Made by a program: the position numbers and the translations under genes. Below the pieces are notes generated by a model. That model had not been told where the DNA came from and did no database searches. It worked only from the letters and a program-made list of their open reading frames with translations. Source: Candidatus Iainarchaeum sp. (lineage in GTDB: Archaea; Iainarchaeota; Iainarchaeia; Iainarchaeales; DTGL01). Taken from it: a stretch of 43,148 nt of DNA. The stretch spans positions 1 through 43,148 of the forward strand of contig JAWALG010000004.1 of the NCBI GenBank assembly GCA_038886995.1. The letters run 5' to 3'. Positions 36,100 to 43,148 of this stretch are shown here, piece after piece; position 1 is the stretch's first letter, and every line of letters begins with the position of its first letter.

Positions 36100-37230
36100 T
36101 TATATATTTGTTTCGCTTATCCTTAGTTGTCTGCTATTTTCAAGTTGGATAAAAGGCAAAGCCCTTTTTGCTATTGCCCCACTTTTTCTTAGGTCTTTTA
36201 TGTCCTTAAATTTTACCCCCGACTCCCTCAAATGCATGATTTTTTTTGCTGCTTTTGGCCCTATGCCAGGGACCTTTATCAGCTCACAAAATGAAGCACT
36301 GTTTACATCAACAGGGTATTTGTCAGCACATTTCATTGCAATTAAAACCTTTGGATCTGTGCCTTTAGCCAGCATTCCTTTCTCGTCAAGCGCTTTTTTT
36401 ACTTCATCGAGTTTGAAGCCGTAAATGCGAATAAGCCAATCGCATTGGTAAAGCCTATGTTCGCGGCTTGGATCCTCAGCAGGCCTATTTTCAAAAGCAG
36501 TTCCTTTCACGGGTTCAAAAGCAGAGAAATAAGTCCTGTACAAGCTAGTTTCGGAATAAAGCTTATTCATTCTTTCAATTATTTCAAGATCAGAATCTAC
36601 GCTAGCACCAACCACTAGCTGTGTTGTGAAACTTTTCAAAAGGCCTTTGCTGCGAGCATCGCTTAGCCACCCCAATCTTTTTTCAATATCCTGTGAGTAA
36701 TCCTTTGTAGAGCAAAGCTCAGAGAAATACGCCTTGGAAGGCGCCTCTATGTTAAGGGAAAGCCTATCAGCATATCTTGACATTTCTAAAATTTTATCCT
36801 TGCAAACACCTGGCAATACCTTTAAATGTATATAGCCGCGGAAAAAGTATTTTTCTCTTATTAATCTTGCGCTCTCTATTATTTTATCAGCTGTTTTGTC
36901 TGGGTCTTCTGTCACAGAAGAGCTTAAGAAAAGGCCATCAACAAAGCCGCCCTTATGCAAGCTCGCGAAAGCGAATGCAACTTCCTCTGGTGTAAGCTCC
37001 GCTTTCTTCTGTGAACCAACTGAATTTTTACAGTACTTGCAGTCGTGAATACACTTATTGCTCAATAACACTTTCATGAGTCGGCATTTTTCACCTGTTG
37101 AGGCACAATCTTGAATAAAAGAAGAATATTCTGCAGGCACCCCTGCTTTCAAAAGGCTTTTTTTCTTGGTGCCACCGCACGAATCCCATTTTGCTGAAGA
37201 TCCTAAAATTTTGAGTTTTTGGAGAAGCAT
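36100..37230 (-). CDS. Putative DNA modification/repair radical SAM protein with HhH (TIGR03916-like)
   Basis: LKILGSSAKWDSC, NKCIHDCKYC, GLFLSS, YIHLK, REHRLYQCDWLIRIYGF and VPGIGPK HhH. Confidence 0.9.
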   Translation of the reverse strand: MLLQKLKILGSSAKWDSCGGTKKKSLLKAGVPAEYSSFIQDCASTGEKCRLMKVLLSNKCIHDCKYCKNSVGSQKKAELTPEEVAFAFASLHKGGFVDGLFLSSSVTEDPDKTADKIIESARLIREKYFFRGYIHLKVLPGVCKDKILEMSRYADRLSLNIEAPSKAYFSELCSTKDYSQDIEKRLGWLSDARSKGLLKSFTTQLVVGASVDSDLEIIERMNKLYSETSLYRTYFSAFEPVKGTAFENRPAEDPSREHRLYQCDWLIRIYGFKLDEVKKALDEKGMLAKGTDPKVLIAMKCADKYPVDVNSASFCELIKVPGIGPKAAKKIMHLRESGVKFKDIKDLRKSGAIAKRALPFIQLENSRQLRISETNI

Positions 37231-37346
37231 TTATAACTTAAATCGATAAGCCGTTTTAATTGGTTTAAGGGCTAATTTCCGATAAAATTATTTTTCAAAA
37301 CAATATTAATTATTTCCATCCGCCCTTATTATTAGTGGCTTTTTTC

Positions 37347-37417
37347 GCCCCGGTAGTATAATGGAAGAACTCCGGCTTCCGGAGCCGGCAATCCGGGTTC
37401 AAATCCCGGCCGGGGCA
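37347..37417 (+). tRNA. tRNA-Arg(CCG)
   Basis: GCCCCGG/CCGGGGC acceptor, CCGGC-TT-CCG-GA-GCCGG anticodon arm, A20 in the D loop, GGTTCAAATCC T arm. Confidence 0.93.
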
Positions 37418-37470
37418 AAAGCCCAATTATTAAAGTTAGTTTATTAAACTTGAATTTACATTGCCTATAT

Positions 37471-37803
37471 ATGGCTCCGAGAGTTGGGCGCATTTCAAAG
37501 AGAGTCAAGGACATTGCGCAAAGAGCAAAGCAGCGTTTAGAAGCTCGCAGACAAGCCAGAATAAAAAAACTTGATGAGCAGATAGAGCAACTTAAGGGTG
37601 AGCTAGCTAATGCTGAGGCCTCTTTGCACAGGCTAGTACACATGAAGTTTTTGCTTACCAAAAAATCAGCACTTTCAGCGAAAGAAAAATCGTTTTTAGA
37701 ATCAGGTGACAAACTTATGGCAATTCATGCCCGAAGGGTTAACGAACTTAGGCTTGATATTAGTCGCTTAGAGAAGCAACGCAAGAAAATAAATAAAAGA
37801 TAA
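37471..37803 (+). CDS. Hypothetical, very basic coiled-coil protein
   Basis: MAPRVGRISKRVKDIAQRAKQR..., heptad-like Leu spacing; TTTATTAA about 25 nt upstream of ATG 37471. Confidence 0.7.
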   Translation: MAPRVGRISKRVKDIAQRAKQRLEARRQARIKKLDEQIEQLKGELANAEASLHRLVHMKFLLTKKSALSAKEKSFLESGDKLMAIHARRVNELRLDISRLEKQRKKINKR

Positions 37804-37813
37804 AAGAGGTCAT

Positions 37814-38035
37814 TTGGTGTTAGAGGAAATAACGCATTACAAAGTATTTGGACTTCCGCTTATGGCTTATTTGGGAATTCTAACTTTGTTTTGCTTTTTA
37901 TTTACAGCATACATTGCAGTTATGAACAAAAAAGGCGATATGAGAATATCACCGAAATGGCATCCAGTAATGGCAAGGATTTCTATTTCACTAGCAATTT
38001 TGCACGGTCTTTTTGGCTTAGCAGCATACCTTTGA
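37814..38035 (+). CDS. Small two-TM membrane protein
   Basis: 73 aa with two hydrophobic helices and WH...LH histidines; AGAGGT SD. Confidence 0.7.
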   Translation: MVLEEITHYKVFGLPLMAYLGILTLFCFLFTAYIAVMNKKGDMRISPKWHPVMARISISLAILHGLFGLAAYL

Positions 38036-38098
38036 CTCCAAACAAAATAATTAAAAATAAAAAATACCTATTTTTTCTCACCTAATGAGTGGTAAAAT

Positions 38099-39268
38099 AT
38101 GCCAGTTAAACTTAAAAATGGTGGGGCAAACTTTTTACTAGTTTTAGTTTTTCTGGTTTTTGCAGTGCTTTTATTAAAAACTTCATTTGCTCTGGAAATC
38201 CTAAGCACAGACCAAAGACATATGGTTATAAGATTCGATGACGATAACGGTGGCAGTGGTAGTCAACCAAGTGGCACAAGGCCGTCTTGTGTTGTAACTT
38301 CTGGCGACCTAAGAATGGACAAGAAAAACACAATAACTGCTGATTTAACAGATCCAGATGGTGATTTAATTGAGGCGTATATTTTTATAAAATCGCCAAG
38401 CACCAAATCATATTACAATAAAGCTTTTTATGACCTCATGTCCTGCACTGGTACAGGATTTGCAAAAACATGTACTTTTGTGATAGAACCAAATTCCTCT
38501 TGGGGCGAAGATGCTAAAATAGAAGTTTCTGGAATTGATGACTGGGACTTTGGAGAATATTGTTCTAAAATTGTAAGGGTGATTGCTTCAGCATCACCAA
38601 CACCGCCTCAGCCAAGCCAAAGTCCAACTTCAACACCAACTGTTACATCCCCAAATGTAAGGCCAACCGTTAAGTTAAATGCACAAGAACTTAAAAGATA
38701 TGAAGGAAATCAGGTCACAGCTAGTGTTACAGATCCAGATGGTGACATAAATGTACTTTCAGTTCTGATTTACGTAAAGTCACCAAGTGCAGAGGAGAAC
38801 TTCAGGGTGAATGGAGAAAGGATGTTATGCTCAGGCACAGGCGCAAATTTAAGCTGTATTTATAATGTCAGGCCCGACTCAAACTGGGGAAATGACGCTT
38901 TAATAACTGTAGTTGCAAGTGACAAAGTTGGAAAAGGCCAAGAGGCAAAACAAAATGTATTAGTTAAGCCGGAGGTAATTCCAAGCCCAACGCCAAGCCC
39001 CAGCCCAAGTCCAACACCCACACCAACGCCAAGCCCTTCTCCGAGTCCTTCACCAAGCCCCAGCCAAACCCCCGCTTTAAGGCCAACTCCAACCCCAGAA
39101 AAAACTAAGGAAATTTCACCTACACAAAGTTTACAACCAACCACTCCTACTTCTACTGCATCTGGTGGTAGTGAAGAAAAGGATAATTTGGTTTTAATCC
39201 TTCTGCTTACATTTATTTCAGCAGCAATACTCTTTATCATATACTATATCGTTCGTAAGAGAAGCTAG
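38099..39268 (+). CDS. Secreted surface protein: two tandem Ig-like DPDGD domains, Pro/Ser/Thr stalk, C-terminal TM anchor
   Basis: Signal peptide, duplicated TDPDGD...KSPS...C(T/S)GTG...C...P(N/D)SxWG domain, and TM followed by RKRS. Confidence 0.82.
   Translation: MPVKLKNGGANFLLVLVFLVFAVLLLKTSFALEILSTDQRHMVIRFDDDNGGSGSQPSGTRPSCVVTSGDLRMDKKNTITADLTDPDGDLIEAYIFIKSPSTKSYYNKAFYDLMSCTGTGFAKTCTFVIEPNSSWGEDAKIEVSGIDDWDFGEYCSKIVRVIASASPTPPQPSQSPTSTPTVTSPNVRPTVKLNAQELKRYEGNQVTASVTDPDGDINVLSVLIYVKSPSAEENFRVNGERMLCSGTGANLSCIYNVRPDSNWGNDALITVVASDKVGKGQEAKQNVLVKPEVIPSPTPSPSPSPTPTPTPSPSPSPSPSPSQTPALRPTPTPEKTKEISPTQSLQPTTPTSTASGGSEEKDNLVLILLLTFISAAILFIIYYIVRKRS
38981..39095 (+). repeat. Degenerate 6-bp coding repeat for the (PS/PT)n stalk
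   Basis: ccaagc/ccaacg/cccagc/ccaagt units in frame. Confidence 0.8.
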
Positions 39269-39288
39269 ATACACACCCTATGATGTAA

Positions 39289-40680
39289 TTAACTTATGCC
39301 CAATATTTTTTTCATCTGCTCATAGGGCGGTGGCACTCTGAGTGCAGCGGCAATTTTTCTCCTTTTTTCTTCGGAAAAGTTTTTTGCTCTTAACCTTGAA
39401 AAAGACTTCTCAATTTTAAGCTCATGTTCAAATATTTCCAACCTTATTTTCTCCCATTTCTCTGGGCTGTTTGCAAACTTCATAAAAGCTTGTCTTTGCG
39501 CCTCAATCATAGCTTTTCTATCGCCAAGAAATAGGCCACAGAATAGAGGCGCTATGGTCTTATTTTGTTCGCTTTTGGGGTTTATAAAATAGCCTTGCCG
39601 GCATAGATTTATGCCCCTTTCTTTCGCGATTTCTTTTAGTCTTTTTTCTACTAGGGGATCCGAAGCAATTAAGGCATAGTCAACATCACCACGAGATAAT
39701 GCATATCCCTTTGCTATGCTTCCCAATATAACTATGCCGATAAATGAGCCACCAAATTCTTTTTTAAGCTGTGATGAGGCCTCACGGAGTGACCTTATAT
39801 CTTTTAAAATCTCTCTTAGGTAAGGCGTTGCTGCAAAAGGTCTTCTAGTCAATAGCAAAAGTTCTCTCGCGTTGAGCGCACTAAGTGCTTCTTCAGCGTA
39901 ACGGCGCACTTGATCGTCCCCTTTTTCGGCCATCACAGCTAGTGATTTCAGATCTTTTTTTTCAAAGTAATAATTAGCAAGCGCTTCAGCAGCATATTTT
40001 CTAGTGACCCAGTCCTCACTGACAATAAGCTTTTCCAGTGCTTCAATGCCTTTAGGACCAATTTTTAACAGAGCTCTTGCAGCAGCTCCTTTGCAAGCAA
40101 ACTCACCGCTTCTCATAATTTCCAACAAGGTAGGTATTGCAGCTTCGCCTCTTTTTCCAAGCTCACGAGCAACAGCAATTGCGACATCCTTATCGCCAAT
40201 TTTTGCAAGCTCAGCCAGCTTGTTTATGCCTGTCGGACCAGAAAATATTTTCGAAATTCCGGCAACTGCCTCTTCTTTTACTGTTGGACTTATATCCTTC
40301 AGAAGTACCATTAATAATGGAAGCCCTTTTTTACCGCATAGCGCAAGACCATGAGCAGCTCCAGCCCTTATTGAAGTTTCTCTGTGGCAAGCAAGTTCCT
40401 GCAATGCCTTGAAATTACCCTGCTTTGCGTATAATGCTGATGCTGCTTTGGAAAGGTCAATCCATGTTGAAATTTCTACTAGTGATAAGTTTTCTAATAT
40501 TTTCCTTATTAGTGGCTCTGCCTTTTCACCAGCTAGGGGCAATGCTTCAACATAAGGCAAACGTTCCCTTGGAAAAGTCGAAGGCGGTGGCTTTATGCCA
40601 GATGCTGTTATCTCCCTTCTGGCATTTTCCCTCTGCATGCGCAGCATGTTTGGCTTAGGTCTTTTAGGTGCGACTTTCAC
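39289..40680 (-). CDS. HEAT-repeat protein fused to a C-terminal Pol-beta-superfamily nucleotidyltransferase domain
   Basis: About six HEAT/PBS-like repeats (IRAGAAHGL, VKEEAVAGI, CKGAAARAL, TRKYAAEAL, VRRYAEEAL), then IVILGSIAKG-x5-GDVDY. Confidence 0.78.
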   Translation of the reverse strand: MKVAPKRPKPNMLRMQRENARREITASGIKPPPSTFPRERLPYVEALPLAGEKAEPLIRKILENLSLVEISTWIDLSKAASALYAKQGNFKALQELACHRETSIRAGAAHGLALCGKKGLPLLMVLLKDISPTVKEEAVAGISKIFSGPTGINKLAELAKIGDKDVAIAVARELGKRGEAAIPTLLEIMRSGEFACKGAAARALLKIGPKGIEALEKLIVSEDWVTRKYAAEALANYYFEKKDLKSLAVMAEKGDDQVRRYAEEALSALNARELLLLTRRPFAATPYLREILKDIRSLREASSQLKKEFGGSFIGIVILGSIAKGYALSRGDVDYALIASDPLVEKRLKEIAKERGINLCRQGYFINPKSEQNKTIAPLFCGLFLGDRKAMIEAQRQAFMKFANSPEKWEKIRLEIFEHELKIEKSFSRLRAKNFSEEKRRKIAAALRVPPPYEQMKKILGIS

Positions 40681-40734
40681 GTTATTATTAAGATGGTTTA
40701 TCTTTTTATTGTTTTTTAAGCGTGTCCACTGAAT

Positions 40735-41223
40735 TCACGCAAAGAAATCGACACTTCCTTTGTCAAATACTAAAATAAGAGTTGAGAACAGGGATAAGAT
40801 TGCTGAATAAAGCAAAACATTCATCATATTAAAAAACTCCAAAAACAAAAACATAGTTATGATGGAAATATTTGTTAAAATTGCTGCATATCTCACAATT
40901 TTTAATTTTTTGTAAATATTTGCACTCAAACCAATTGCGAATGCCCCTAAGATGGCTGAAACTAGCATACTAGCACTATACTTCTGCCCATTAATTTCTT
41001 CAAAAGTTATTTCCTTAGAATCAAACTTTAGTTTAGTTGAGCTAATATCCTCACCAAAATTAGCTGACATGTTTGCAAAACCCCGTAACAAAATTATCAT
41101 AAATAAGTTGTAGATGCAAATAAAACCTGCTAACATTAGTAGAAACGTAGCAATTTTTAACTTTGCTGGCATGGGCTGCTGAATAAGGTCTATTACATAA
41201 CGCAGAAAACCCGCTCCACCCAT
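40735..41223 (-). CDS. Hypothetical membrane protein (about 4 TM)
   Basis: 162-aa ORF with hydrophobic segments; the start is uncertain (MPAK... is an alternative). Confidence 0.65.
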   Translation of the reverse strand: MGGAGFLRYVIDLIQQPMPAKLKIATFLLMLAGFICIYNLFMIILLRGFANMSANFGEDISSTKLKFDSKEITFEEINGQKYSASMLVSAILGAFAIGLSANIYKKLKIVRYAAILTNISIITMFLFLEFFNMMNVLLYSAILSLFSTLILVFDKGSVDFFA

Positions 41224-41304
41224 ATAGGATGTTTTTTTCCAAAGATTATAAAAATATTTGTCTTCAGCTGCGGTATTATAAAATTTTGTTTTTAAGTTAT
41301 ACTT

Positions 41305-42921
41305 ATGGAGTTGGGCCTTGCAATAACCTCCATTTTAGGTATTCTTGCAGGGCTTGCTGTTTTCCTTTTTGGAATGTCGCTGCTTTCTGAAACTCTCAAA
41401 GGTGTTGCGGGAGAAAAACTCAAAAGAATGCTTGAGCGCTTTACAAACAGCCGTATCAAAGCATGTGTTGCAGGCGCATTTGTAACCGGCATCCTGCAAA
41501 GTTCCTCACTGATGATGGTCGTCTTCATTGGCTTCCTAAATGCAGGCATGATGAGCCTTGAGCAGGCAGTGTGGGCAATGCTCGGTGCTGAAATAGGCAC
41601 AACAGTTACTGCACAGCTGCTTGCTGGCGCAATCTCATTCAAGCTCGTTGACCTTTTGGGTTTGCCGTTTCTTGCAATTGGTTTCTTTTCCCAAATGCTT
41701 TCATGGAATAAATATGTTAAGAACGTGGGCAAAATAATATTTGCAATTGGCCTTATCCTTCTTGGAATGGACCTAATGTCAGATGCTGTAAGTGGGCTTA
41801 AAAAGGATCCCTCTGCTGAAGCAATGCTTGCATCTTTTGGTACACAGCCCCTGCTTGGTGTCTTGGCAGGAGCTATTTTTACAGCAATAGTGCAGAGCTC
41901 ATCAGCAACAACCGCTTTAGTTATTGCAATTTCTACCACAGGTGCTATAACATTGCCTGGTGCAATAGCCATAATTCTTGGCGCAAACATAGGCACAACA
42001 TTTGATACACATCTTGCAGCCATAGGTTCAAATTTGTCAGGAAAGAAACTTGCTTTTATCCAAAGCACAGTAAATGTTCTTGGCGCAATAGCTTTTATCC
42101 CATTCATTTACCAGTTTTCAGCGATAATGGCTTCCACGAGCACTGAATTGCCTAGGCAGATTGCAAACAGCCACACAACATTTAACATTGTTTGCACAGT
42201 TGTTGCATTGCCTCTTTCAGCATACCTAGTAAAGTTGTCAGGTATTTTCGTAAGAGGGCACGAGGTGAAGATTGAGCGTGGCTTGAAACATGTTGACAAA
42301 AAAATTTCAGCAGTACCTTCAATAGCTTTGGCTCAGATCAAGAAAGAAGTATTTCGAATGTCCGAAATTGCGTCAGAGATGATAAAGATATCCAGAAACG
42401 CTCTATTGGAGAATGACCTTTCTATGAAAAAACAGCTTCTCGAATATGAGGATACGCTTGACGACCTTAAGCTGACGCTTTTTATAATGGTTGAAGACCT
42501 GTGTAAAGGTGAGCTTAACGACGAAGACCATCGGAATGCGGCTATGCTTAAAAGCCACATTATTGACATTGAGCGCGTTGGCGACCATGCAAACAATCTT
42601 TTTGAGCTAGCAGAAAAGAGGCGTGAGCTTAAGGCGGAATTTTCCGCAAAAGAAAAGAATGAGCTAAAAAACTATTTTGACCTCGCAAACGAAGCTTATT
42701 TTGCTGCTGCAAAAGCAATTAGAACCCCTGAAGAGCGCCTATATAAAAAAATAATAAAAAACGAGCAAGCGCTTGACATGATCCAAGAGAAGATTGAAGA
42801 AACTCAATCGAAGGCTAAAGAGAAAGAGAGTGCTATAATAATGGTCGAAGCGTTCCTCAATCTTGAGAGGATAAGTGATCATGCTAAAAATATTATGAGG
42901 ACTCTACAGCAAGGTTTTTGA
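41305..42921 (+). CDS. Na/Pi cotransporter family protein with C-terminal PhoU domains
   Basis: Two QSSS motifs, GAEIGTT/GANIGTT, and ERVGDHANN and ERISDHAKNI PhoU motifs. Confidence 0.95.
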   Translation: MELGLAITSILGILAGLAVFLFGMSLLSETLKGVAGEKLKRMLERFTNSRIKACVAGAFVTGILQSSSLMMVVFIGFLNAGMMSLEQAVWAMLGAEIGTTVTAQLLAGAISFKLVDLLGLPFLAIGFFSQMLSWNKYVKNVGKIIFAIGLILLGMDLMSDAVSGLKKDPSAEAMLASFGTQPLLGVLAGAIFTAIVQSSSATTALVIAISTTGAITLPGAIAIILGANIGTTFDTHLAAIGSNLSGKKLAFIQSTVNVLGAIAFIPFIYQFSAIMASTSTELPRQIANSHTTFNIVCTVVALPLSAYLVKLSGIFVRGHEVKIERGLKHVDKKISAVPSIALAQIKKEVFRMSEIASEMIKISRNALLENDLSMKKQLLEYEDTLDDLKLTLFIMVEDLCKGELNDEDHRNAAMLKSHIIDIERVGDHANNLFELAEKRRELKAEFSAKEKNELKNYFDLANEAYFAAAKAIRTPEERLYKKIIKNEQALDMIQEKIEETQSKAKEKESAIIMVEAFLNLERISDHAKNIMRTLQQGF

Positions 42922-43147
42922 TTTGGGGGGCGATGGATTGTGTCTCAAATGGTACTCGATGCTGAGAATTCTCTTTATATATGCCTAAACTTGAGGTAAA
43001 CCCAAAGTTGCATGATTCAAAATATATATTTAATTCTTTACTACTTAATATAAAACCTAAATTTCCAATATCAAATAAAAGGTAGATCTCTGAAAATGGT
43101 TTTAATATTACATTCTGATATTTTGATTTATTTATACAAATCTCACA
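42893..43147 (-). CDS. Possible 3' end of a gene entering from beyond the window
   Basis: Hand translation gives 84 open codons (CEICINKSKY...AVESS*) in very AT-rich DNA, with a short convergent overlap with the Na/Pi gene. Confidence 0.4.
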   Translation of the reverse strand, partial: CEICINKSKYQNVILKPFSEIYLLFDIGNLGFILSSKELNIYFESCNFGFTSSLGIYKENSQHRVPFETQSIAPQIKNLAVESS

Positions 43148-43148
43148 A

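Noticed and set aside
36020-36424. ORF-track calls overlapping tRNAs (also 30012-30347 and 37332-37712)
   Set aside because: They run through tRNA genes or antisense to well-supported CDS; shadow ORFs.
38981-39095. Short tandem repeats as CRISPR or VNTR (also about 4600-4665 and 11455-11490)
   Set aside because: They are degenerate codons for Pro-Ser/Thr linkers; there is no repeat-spacer structure and no cas gene.
42922-43148. AT-rich window end as a CRISPR leader or ncRNA
   Set aside because: No repeats are visible, and one minus-strand frame is open throughout, which fits a gene tail better.

Overview
A gene-dense, AT-rich chromosomal segment from an archaeon. Archaeal markers include rpl40e, FEN1 with a PIP box, Dph6, MBF1, CCA-less tRNAs, a BHB tRNA intron, and TATA boxes about 25 nt ahead of starts. 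The scrambled gene order and many orphans suggest a DPANN-type genome, but that is inference only. It holds about 44 CDS and 6 tRNAs: Glu-TTC, Asn-GTT, Leu-CAA, Ser-GCT, Asp-GTC (85-nt intron) and Arg-CCG. Housekeeping content includes ppsA (cut by the window edge), pcm, dph6, fen, pdaD, mbf1, ftsZ, purB, cysS, ribL, purA, RNA methyltransferases, proteases and transporters, plus two ether-lipid genes (DGGGP-synthase-like UbiA and the tetraether synthase Tes). No CRISPR array, integrase or transposase was seen. The best leads are: (1) a divergent four-gene module of GNAT, RimB-like protease, a catalytically dead RimK paralogue with charge-reversed active-site residues, and an intact RimK; (2) a HEAT-repeat/nucleotidyltransferase fusion; (3) a ~140-aa charged helical linker inside PEP synthase; (4) a cloverleaf-like tRNA-Asp intron containing a mini-copy of its host acceptor stem; (5) Tes plus DGGGPS in a probably reduced archaeon; (6) orphans with Arg/Lys/Pro-rich termini, one with mTERF-like repeats; (7) a candidate ~50-nt sRNA behind an orphan RHH gene. 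All product calls come from motif recognition by eye; no searches were run.
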